From Trichoplax adhaerens (lineage: Eukaryota; Animalia; Placozoa), in assembly GCF_000150275.1 (NCBI RefSeq), contig NW_002060966.1, positions 591,922-655,921 of the forward strand: DNA of 64,000 nt. The letters are read 5' to 3'. Both the position numbers and the translations under genes were made by a program. The notes beneath the pieces were generated by a model that ran no database searches, was not told the origin of the DNA, and worked only from the letters and a program-made list of their open reading frames with translations. How positions within the stretch are numbered: position 1 is the stretch's first letter; each line of letters opens with the position of its first letter. Below, in pieces: positions 13,310-24,800 of the stretch.

Positions 13310-16300
13310 CCAACTGGTGCAATGATAGTCAGATTTACTAACTTAAATAACTGTTGACATTGGTAAATGAAATCTTGTATTAGAAGAATACGGTAACTGA
13401 TCTACTTTGATGATCCCAATCACGCCATCAATTAAAAATATTCGTGTATGATTAGATGTTACCTATGCCTCATATAGAAAATTAAATGATGATTTACTGT
13501 GTATAAGCGTTCGTAGAAGTCAAAACTGAACTAATTAGAAGTACTAGTAGCTTATTAAGTAGTTGAAAATAGTTTTATCAATCTTATATAGAGTAAAATC
13601 TTTCCGTTACGGTTACCTCTTATCCTTGATTAACGTTTGACTCGCGATAAATTGTAATAAAATGTCATTACTATCCGCTGAAGTTTGACTAAAGTTGATT
13701 ATTATTACCGCTGTATTTTCTTAAGATTGATTTTACACTGTCATGCATTTGCCCTCTATTCCAATACTTAATGCTTCCCGATTAATGCCGACATTGACCT
13801 CTCATAAACTTGTTTACGTCTTTCACCTGAAGATTGCCTAATCTATAGATTAGACAAGTAGGTAATAATAATACGTTATTATGGAAAGTGTCCACATTTT
13901 CCACCTTTACTATAACTTTTGTTTACAAAGGAAAGACAGCGCTACATCCGTCCCTTTATTAGACTAGCAGCAATACAATTTATCGTACTATATTATTGAA
14001 AGCTATTGTGTTTACCTTCTTCCAGACGTAACCTTGATATCAATCAAATTGAGTCATTAGCGCCATCTAGCACTAACCCTAACCCCAACATCCTTTGTAT
14101 GAAATTAATTGCCTGGAGGCATGCGAACACACCCTTTAGTTTAAGTAACTGTACTTTACTCTGTCTACTTTGTATACTGTAAGGTCTAAACCGAAAGAGC
14201 GTAAATACTTCTTAATTGATCTGCCCGTTAGCACAAAGTCACTATTCTTAAGCAAGTTCTTATCTAATTTTTGATCGATAATAGTACGATTATCAATTTA
14301 GTTTTCCATATTTGTATTAGTAATCACATTTTTTAATAATATCATCTAAGTAAAGATGTTAATGTGTTAAATTTTCTATTAATTTTGATTCTATATAAAT
14401 GCTTGCCGAGCAAGACAAGTCAAACACTCGACGAATTCGATGGGTTATCAGGCGAAAAGAAATTATCGTAACAACCGCGGTTACTAGACTCATTGTTGTT
14501 TACATTAGGTTTTTCATTGCAACTTCCGGGTTACACCGCCGACATGGTGACTTCCTAATTAACAGTCTCGACTTTGTACTGAACACAGTTAATACCTTTA
14601 TATAGTACTGTGTGTACTGTAGAAATATTTTCTTTACTCCAAAAATAATCCTACTAATAAACTGAGCAATTTTAAGGCGCTAAGATAAACAATGTCAATA
14701 AAATCGATGGAATTTTGGAAAGCGTTATCGTTTGTTCTAGCAAAGTGAACCTTTCAAATTCCCCTCTAGAAAAATCGCTCTGCTCGGTATCTATCGTATT
14801 TATTCTTAGAAGATAGAAGATATTGCTATAATGATTAATTAAATAGATTGAATAAAGCTTAAGTAGTAAAACCATCAGAAAGTATCTGGCAATTCATAGT
14901 ATATCTAGTACCAGTACTTAAATAGGAGAATATTCTAAGGAATATTACTTATCTCCTTATTCTACAAATTGAAACTTAAGGTTCTGACAAACTGTAAAAC
15001 ACTACCTCAGTATTTCGTATGAAACGCGTTACTAAAGCTGTCGTGCAAAGCCAACGGTGTCGAGGTGTTATCATGAGAATTTTAATCAACTATAAGTTTA
15101 TAAAATTGTGCAGTGGATATTTGTAAGTTAAGCATGAAAATTTCTGATGCCAATAATATTACTATAGTGAGCGAATCTTTCGTCACTAATTCCTATCCGA
15201 TAGTTTAAACATCGTAATACACCATTAAACCCTCAATTCTTACAAGTATTTACGTCCAAGCAATAAATCAAATCATAATACAAGATGAATTGTATCATTT
15301 AAGATAATAATTACGGTAATATCAGAGCGATAATTAACAATTACATTTAAGCTACAAAGAAATATAATATTGCAATTGCGTGCAATATGCTAAAACACTT
15401 TAAAGAACGCTGTTATCCAAATTGTACAATTACTTACATTGTGTTATCTCTCGAATACCGCCGAAATCTGGAACCCGTTAAAAAATTTTCGTTGGGAGCT
15501 TGTGCCACGATATCTTCAAATTTTTCAGAAACGGATTCTCACTGTAATTTTTTACTAAAAGAATAACCAACGAATATCTTATTCAGTTTGCATCCGCAGT
15601 AATTGGTGATTGAACTATATTCTAATAGGTAATAGAAGGTCGGTATGCTCGTATTTATACATGGCCTTTCTATTTCGGGATAAGCGGGAGGCCTAGTTAT
15701 GTACGACTGTAAATTGAATTCTATTTTTATTAGCATAATTAGCTAAAAGTAATTATTATTATAGTACATAAGTTATTGTCATCGCCGATGTGTATTATTT
15801 AAACGTTCTGTATTAGTTTGTTAGGACATTCAAAGCAATTGTTTTTGACTATAACGATGGAAAGTAAATGTCGTACGTCATTCAAGTAAGATTGCATCAG
15901 ATTAATTTTTGTATTATCTTAAATACTTATGCTAGGAAAGACAAATTTTATAAACTCTCGATAACTTCTCCGTTATCTAAGCGGAAAAACTCAAAGTCGT
16001 TGGCTAGCCTAAGTTACCGCTATTTTAAATCTGAGCTGTATTTAAACTATATTTCGATATAATGTTCTCTAATACAAACTAACTACTTATTGTTAGTGAT
16101 TTTTACTCTTTGAATTTGCCCGGAGCTTTTCAATTTTCGACTCCAAAAAACCAAACGAGCCATTTTAGGCTTGTGTCGTTCATAAATGTCTTATTTAAAC
16201 AACTGAATTTACTTTAGATATACATATAAAAATATTATTCTACTGAGAATACGACATACAACCGGACTTTAAATAGTTATAATACAAACTTATTCAAATA

Positions 16301-16399
16301 TGGAAAATGAATTATAATACTGATTTAAAGTATTATCACAGTAACACATCATAAGCGCACATTAATGGATATCCAATAGTGAAGAGTAGCAGTAAAACG

Positions 16400-17043
16400 A
16401 TACATTAGATGGCGTAACTTTACATGATACCGTTTTAAATCTACAACTGACGTTATTAAGTACTCATTTTGTGCTTGTATAGATTCAAATTGAGAAATAA
16501 ACTCTTTCTTCTCTGACTTCATGCTTTGTTACCAGTTCTCAAGTATTTCTATCAGCGACTAATACAAAATACATTTTATGATTGTAGACAATTTAATCCG
16601 CTTGTAAATAACTTTAAACCTTAAAACAATTAAGTAAAAATCCTGATATTAAAAACTTACAATTATGCAAATTCATGTACAATAATAGTAGCTGCTATAT
16701 TTATCCTACCGTATCAGTATTTTAATATATTTAATTGCTATAAACTATCGCTACCTGAGGGTAGGTTTCAGACAGGAATGAAACCAGTTCAAGCAAAATA
16801 AATTGTCGTTTATTAAATGTCCAACCGTTAAGATGGATGACATTTTCTTTATTCCAGAAACTTTTATGTATCAAGTCTGTCATTAATTGCTAAACCCCAA
16901 GTGCAAGCTTAACCTAGATATTATTCAATTTTTATGGTTACCCTCAAAATTCTTTCTATACTGCAATGATGTTACAATAGCTCGCACCTGCAAAGCTAAA
17001 TATTTTAAAATAGCTTGCTATTGAACTTCCTAAATATCACCTA
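16400..17043 (-). pseudogene. TRPA copy C: degenerate relic of the last three TRPA exons
   Basis: ~16988-17043 GDI*EVQ*QAILKYLALQ|GT (copy B: DDIKEVQQQAVLKRLAMQ); ~16755-16913 VKLALGV*QLMTDLIHKSFWNKE (B: VSLVLDVEQFMPNWIREKFSIKE); 16558 downward SLIEILENW*QSMKSEKKEFISQFESIQAQNEYL (B: SPTELLENQQNNLRLEVKDLRTQVESMQAQNERL). At least four in-frame stops; truncated at the gap. Confidence 0.85.
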
Positions 17044-17093
17044 NNNNNNNNNNNNNNNNNNNNNNNNNNNNNNNNNNNNNNNNNNNNNNNNNN
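17044..17093. other. Assembly gap (50 N)
   Basis: Run of N; the true gap length is unknown. Confidence 1.
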
Positions 17094-17192
17094 ATATATC
17101 AAGTCCTGCAAACTCATTGTAAGCAAGTTAAGTAAGGTGTTTATCAAATTGCTCTTTCTAGTGTTATTGTCCTTACTTTAGGCCTACATTTC

Positions 17193-18115
17193 TTAGATCT
17201 GCTGTTATAAGAAGTTTTTCCTTATCTGTAGGAACATACTTTACTATTACATAGAATCTGCACTGTTAGACAATCAGTAATAAAATCTGTTATTACGAAT
17301 TACGGTATGTTATCTATACACTAAGTACACTTAGTAGAGCAGGTTTGTTATAATATGCAGAGAGAGAATAATCTTGCGAAATAAGTTAGAGGTAAGTGTA
17401 CCTATTAAATAGGACACATAAAGAACGGGTGTAGATGGAATTAAATGTCTAATATACACCTTGATTTAATAGTCTCGGTAATAGCAAATCACTGCAGGTG
17501 CAGTAATTGTGATGATTTGCCATATTTAACTGTTTCTAAAGTACCCAGTGGCTTGTGCTAGACGCTACTGATGAACAGTCATTTCTATATAAACATTATG
17601 ATTTAGTTCTTAAAGAAGGATTTGTGCATGCATATTCTACTTATAATTAGATTATAATTAGATCTGCTGATATAAGAAGTTTTTCCTTGTCTGTTTGAGC
17701 CTATTTACTATTACGTAGAATCTTAACTGTTAGACAATCAGTAATAAAATCTGTTATTATTAAATTCCGTATGTTATCTATACGCTAAGTAAACTTAGTA
17801 GAGCAGGTTTTTAAAATACGCAGAGAGAATAATCGTGCGAAATAAGTTAGTGGTAAGTGTACCTATAAAATAGAATACATGTAGAGCGGGTGTTGATGGA
17901 ATTAAATGTCCAATATATTCCTTAATTTAATAGTCTCGGGAAAAGCAAAGCAAACCATTGCAAGTGCAGTAATTGCAAAGATTTGTCATATTTAACAGTT
18001 CTAAAGTACCCAGTGGCTTGTGCTAGACTCTACTGACGCACAATCATTTCAATGTAAACATCATGATTTAGTTCTTAAAGAAGGATTTTTTTGCATGCAT
18101 ATTCTACTTATAATT
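17193..18115. repeat. Direct tandem duplication, two copies of ~460 bp
   Basis: 17193-17648 and 17658-18115 both start ttagatctgctg.tataagaagtttttcctt and end tgcatgcatattctacttataatt; high but not perfect identity throughout. Confidence 0.92.
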
Positions 18116-18884
18116 CTGTATTCGCCCGCTGTCTATAGTAGAAGCGTACAAACTGAACAATCCATTTCATTCTTCACTAAAAGACTCATATATGCGTAAG
18201 GTAGATGAACCAATGGTATTGGTATTCTTCACTATATCTTTTTCTGTCAGATAGACTCTTGAGTGAAAAGGGTATCATAGTTGGTGACACTTTTACAGTA
18301 CATATAGGTTGAAGCAGCTATCATGTCTATAAATATGATTTCTCGCTACATAGTATCATTTTATTTTACTTCAATATCAGAACCAAGAAGTGAAAATAAA
18401 AGTTTTACTCAATTTATTGTCATGCACGGCTAAAATGTTTCTTCTATAGTAGTAAACACGCTAGTAAAATAACCATGAGAAAAATTTTAGCTAAAAAGCG
18501 ATAGTTTGCATTGACGATTCTGTATTCCTGTATTACTACAATTTAAACATGGAATGCTGGAAATTTCTAATAGCTTTTGCAGATTGACTAATAGTCGAAA
18601 ATAGTATGTCAAGTATAAACAACTTCATTACTACAAGGAAAAATCAAACAAAGTAATTAAAATCCGCTGTAATCAAATCATTAAGGAGGCTATGTATATA
18701 TTTACACAAAATAATCTTATTCTGAAATGTTACACACACGTGCTATCATAATGTGTAACATGAAGGTCCTACTAGCACTAAAGATAAAATGCGTAATATT
18801 TTGTGGTAAAGCATTACAAATTAAACGTAATTTCACATTAATTCACGCTGTAATAGATAAAATCAGAATGGATGAAAAGATGCT

Positions 18885-21800
18885 TTAGGTTCGAACCTTG
18901 AATCGAGCGCCTACATCATCTTCTTCATCTACTGCAACGTTATGATGTTGGACTAGAGCTCCAACTAAAGTTAATAAGCGTTCATTCTGTGCTTGCATAG
19001 ATTCAACTTGTGTACGAAGATCTTTCACTTCCAATCTCAGATTATTTTGCTGGTTTTCGAGCAACTCCGTTGGTGACTATTGTAAAAGGACACCCACAAC
19101 TGAATTAGTACTAAAGAAATACCACGTACAGATTTCAACTGTATATATATACAAGTAGAATATGCTATTCCCAACTTAAAGGCGATGCACATTCTAAAAA
19201 GATAAATAATCTCGAAGCAGTTATCCTGAATCTTAGACCAACCTTTTCTGCTTTAAGGGTTATTTGAGATAGTGGGGAGACCGATTGGAGAAAACTAAAT
19301 TTTCGTAGTAGTTTGTTTCCATTATTAGGATAGAAGACTTGTTCTTTGATACTGAACTTTTCACGTATCCAATTGGGCATAAATTGCTCGACATCAAGTA
19401 CTAAGCTAACCTGGACAACATGGCGTTGGCTATTACTCATACGCGCAAATTCACTTTTTATGCAGTTAAGTAAAGCAATCAATACTAAAGCAATTACCTG
19501 CATAGCCAAACGTTTTAAAACAGCTTGCTGTTGAACTTCTTTTATATCATCTACTGCTAAACCAATCTATTTCAATATATATTATAAACCACAAGTTAGC
19601 AAGTATTGACAACATTTAGAAATTTTGTAAAATAGTCGAGAATAAATGATGTAAAAACATCTGGTTCTATAAATAGCGTTACAATCAATTTTCTTACCAA
19701 GAGATTCATCAGCAGGATAGGCATAAATATAATAAAGAGTCCAAAGAGTATGTAGGTTACTGCTTGAAAACAGACTAATAAGCCAGGACTATTAAATGTA
19801 TCATCAAAGTCAAATTCACCAATAGTCATGACAGCCGTCTTAATCAAGGCTTTTCCGGGTGTATTGAAAGGAATCTATTGCAAATATCAAATATTTCACT
19901 TTCTTACAACAGTCCATACAAATAAGCTATTATACAAAATTGGCAAATAGCAACAACTTTATTTTATATTATCTTGACCGTTTACAACATTATGGCCAAT
20001 TTTTAGATAAAAATGCAATTAATATAAAGTCTCACATTTACTTACATGATTTTGCAACAGGACGAAAAATGCCAATCCAAAGGCTGTAATAAACAGCATG
20101 AAAATGACAAAGAATTTAACAAAAGTATTAAATATATCTATAAACATTACGACGTATATTCCTATGATTGGAAATTTCCTTATGAATAATATCAGGTTAA
20201 ACCATGCCAAAAAAATGGCAACTGCACCAAATTGTAATCTCCAATAAAACCGTAACTGGATGGCTCCAGCAGTAAATAAAAGTGACATAATAAAACCAGT
20301 TACTTCCAGTAGGTTTTCCAGCGTAAAGTATTCAAATCTTTGATAAAAGACTTGAAAAAGCTACAGTAATAGAAAGAATAATTATGATGAATGCTATAGA
20401 ATAATTTTATCATCTAGCATCAGATAGAATCGCCTTCTCTATACTTGTTTTAAGAAACTATCCTAGAAATATCACAAACCTCAATAGCAAGCCGCACCGC
20501 AGAAAGTACAGTAACTATCACAGAACCAATTCCGACAAAAAAGATATAAGAAAATGTTCCCTGAGTTGCTAAGCTGGCTTGTGGCTTCAAATTGCATGTA
20601 GCATTAATGCCATATTGGTTGTAAATAGTAAATCCAGTTAGGAAAAACAAATAGATAAGATAGATGAGTAAATTGGTGTAGTAGATATAACGTCCAGATC
20701 GCTCCCACTTGTAACGTAAAAAGCAATTGACCAATGGATGAGCAAGTAAAGATTGCCGCTGACTATTCACCTATTTAGATTACATATCAAGTTAATACCA
20801 ATTTTACGCATAAAATTGATTAACATTAATTACGAAAGTAAAGGAATATTTTGCTAAACCCAGTAGTATTTCATTGGCACCCACAAAACGGTGCAATTAT
20901 TATTGTGAGAGTATTTTGTAGATGTTATACGGGTATAACGATAAAAAATTTCGCAGATATGACTGTAATTATGGGCAATTAAGTTCAAGCAATCTCTTAC
21001 GCGAAAGCAAAGAATTCTTTGCACTTACCATAATCATTAACGGATGATTTCTTTTGAACGATGCACCTGTTATTCTCTTCTTATATTTTTTGGTATTATC
21101 CTCAATTTTATATTCATATAGAAGCTCATCCGTTTTATCTTGAGGATTGGACTCAAACCAATCTGTGTAGACGTCGTCCAAGAAGTCATATCTTAAATGG
21201 ACCTTGTAGTTAAGGCTTTCAATAGGCTCATTATTTGGTATGGTACATTTGTTGAATACCAATTCAGCGACATCTAATATATAAAGAGTTATAGAAATGA
21301 GAAATTAAAAATATCTTAACTAAAATTATCTAATCCTCCAGCTTGAATATACGCGTTATGTACAATATTTGCTAGTGTTTGACTTAAACTTGAAACTGAA
21401 ATTGTATATTGCTACCCGAATTAGCTTATGATTAAAAATTATCTAGTAATTGATAGCTGTAAGAAGAACTTAATTTCTATGGTAAAGTAAAGTTTTTAAC
21501 AAACTGTACTTTTTGTTTTATGATTTTGAAGACATTTTATCCCATATACATGGCATTTATATAGATGTACAGAAAGGAGAAATTGCTAATATTGCCACTA
21601 AAATTGCCAAGGCTCAAGCCTGGGTACAATACACAACTATTATTAATATTTGACTTAATTTAGAAATTATAGCGCAATATTCGATTTATTAAATATTTTA
21701 AGCACTACTTCACTACTGTAAAGAAGATCAATGTAAAAAATGGAAAACACTAACCTGGTAATTTACGTATTAATTTGCGTAATGGAGTATCCACATCTCC

Positions 21801-24800
21801 AGTTGGAGATACGGTAGTATTTTTAAGAGCCTCTTCCCATTTATCATAACGAATTATAGCAACTGCAACATCGCTACAAATAAACATAAATCAAAGTTAA
21901 AATAATAACAGGTGATTGTTAGCCTTGCAAGCTTGACTTCCATTTACTCCAAAATACGATTTGTATGTTCGAGGATTTCGCAGTTAGATACTAATCGCAA
22001 ATGGCCTTACCGATGACCTTCTTCTATGGCCATGTCCAAGCAATTTCTGCCTGTCTCATCAGTTAAAGTGATATCAGCTCCATTTTGAAGTAATAACTTG
22101 ACGCAAACTTTATGACCATTTTGAGCGGCTAAATGCAAAGGTGTGGTCTAAGAAGAATGTAACGGAAAGAAAACTTGAAATTTTCCCTTAAAATTAGTGA
22201 ATTACTAGTAGTCCCTATATCTACCATACAAGTTAATCTTGTCGTATTCATAAACTTTACAAATTATAAGAACGAATAAGAAGAAAGAATGAATAGATCC
22301 CCACCTTCCGTTTATCCATTGGATCAACGGGAGAATCGCCATCCAGTAATATCTCGATCGTTTTTGGCCAACCATTGGCAGCAGCACAATCTAGAGGTGT
22401 CCATCCGGTAGCATTTCTAACATGAAGACATCACCATATAAAATAAGCCGAATTCTAAGAATAATAATATCCTCAAAAGATGCCAACCGAGAATACTCGA
22501 CATCCTAAGGATCAACATTTTACTCTACACTTGCATACGATTCACGGATAGTGTACTGCAATAAAGTCCATGAAAACTGTCATACTTAGCATCAACAGCT
22601 GCACCGTATTCTAGTAAAGCCGAAATAACGTGGACATGGCCTTTAATTGCTGCAATATGGAGAGGAGAATTTGACGATTCGTCTTCATCATTGACAATGG
22701 AAGAGTCATAATTAACAAGTACGCGAACAACCCTATCAATATCAAAATAGACGTTATAAATATTACTGATTGCTATATACGTCGTTCTTAATTGCTGGTG
22801 TAAGTAAACATAGCTTCCCTATACAATATGCACTTAAGGATTAATCATCGTTTCCCATACAATTACATGATAGATGACTATAATACTGTACGATATTGAT
22901 GGTAACGATTTCAATTTACGACCAATATACAGAATGCAGTTCAGAAAAATCTATCCTAACATATTCATGCTCATGAAACTAACTGTGTTCTGCCGTTGTC
23001 TGCTGCTAAATGAAGAGGTGTTAACTCTTCTTCATTTCTGGCATCAATTTGAGCTCCATGTTCCAACAAAATCTATATGAAATTTTTAATATTCATGTTT
23101 ACTTAATTACAACTCATCATTAGCGTAATTGCATTGATGCAGTACTGCATGTATATCAAGAAATTTTTTATTTAATAATCTATGAAGATAAAAAGTACTA
23201 AATCAATTTGAGCAGCAAACCTTGACACAATTTACGTATCCTTCACGGCTTGCAACGTGCAGTGGGTAGTTATCGTTAGTATCAGCAGCGTCCACTAAAA
23301 CTTTAGTCTTTCTAGGATCTCGGCTAAGTAATAACTAATATTAGAGATAAAAACACAGACATTACATGACCAAAGTTTAAATAGAGAAAAACATAATAAT
23401 GGATGTTGGCTGCTTGTTTTCAGTTGAGCCTGATACATGTCAAGATTCTATAATCGAACCGATATAACGAGACAATATCAAGTTTACCTGCAAAGTCTCC
23501 GGCTGATTCTCTTGAGCAGCCCAATAGACCGCGCTTCTTTCTTTATAATCTGTAGCTGTAATATCGACATTTTTTTCCAACAATGTCTTGACTGAGTCTA
23601 CGCGACCGTAGGCAGCTGCGGACAAGAGAGGCGTAAAAAAATCGCAATCTCTAGCTTCGATACGCGCACCTCTGTTTATTGAATGATGAAATAAATACGA
23701 ACACTTTAATAATCAACATTATTATTGCATTGATATAGAATAAGTTTACGTAGTTTACTAGTCAGGTAAGAAAAGTGGCTATTACTTTTGAATTAAATAT
23801 TCAACAATTTGAGGCCTATTAAAGCCGGCAGCACGATGAAGAGGTGTTTGTGACTTTGTGTTCTTGACATTCACTTTAGCCCCATATCGAAGCAGTAGCT
23901 TGACAATTTCCAGGCTCCTAACAGCTGCTAAATGTAATGATGTTTTGCCATTGGATTTTTTAGCATTAACATCAGCACCTGGCGGTAATACAAGAAAAAA
24001 TGAGCATACTGAAGCATGCAAGCACAAAATCGAAATGAAACCCAATTATATTCCAAAGTCTCGACAATTGTTTAGAATAGTTGTCATTACCATTTTCTAG
24101 TAAGAACGCTACCACACTTGCATGACTATTTTCGGTAGCATAATGTAAAGGTGTGCAATTATCAGTATCGGTAGCATTGAGAACATCCTTCAATTCGTAA
24201 TATCCATGCCGGCCAGTTTTGGCGTAATTAACTAATGCTTTTACGATCTAGATTTCGTTAGCAAAGCAAGGTATGCGTATGTTAAGTAAATTGCATCCCT
24301 TTAATGAGCACAAGATTTGTTTCATATCTTCTCTACTCTATGCCCATTAAAAATGCCATAGGGTAAAACAGAAATTAACGATAAGCTATAAAAGAATTGG
24401 TTATGCCTTACATCTAGATGACCTTCCATGCAAGCACCATGCAGAGGTGTTGCCTCCTCATCATCTCTACACAGAATATTGACTCCTCGCTCGAGCAATG
24501 TTATAGTAACCTCCAGTCTTCCATTACTTGTGGACATATGCAATGGTGTCATCAGTTGCTTATCCGGGATCTACAGATAGCAAAGTTATAGTCCAATTTA
24601 TAAATTCATATTAAAAATTTTATTCAAAGACGAGCAATTTTTAGAATGCAGCAAAAAGTAATAATTGCAATGGATACCAGAATTAACTTGCAAGTATTGT
24701 TTATTGTAAATTACTTTTTTCTCTAACTAGGTAAGCTTTGCAGGCAGTTATACTACTCTACAAACGCTAGCTACTGTAGTTTAAACCTTCCATTTTTAGC

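Noticed and set aside
14073-14090. Telomere-like ctaaccctaacc (also ggtttagggttggg at ~29681)
   Set aside because: Only about two units; too short to call an interstitial telomere.
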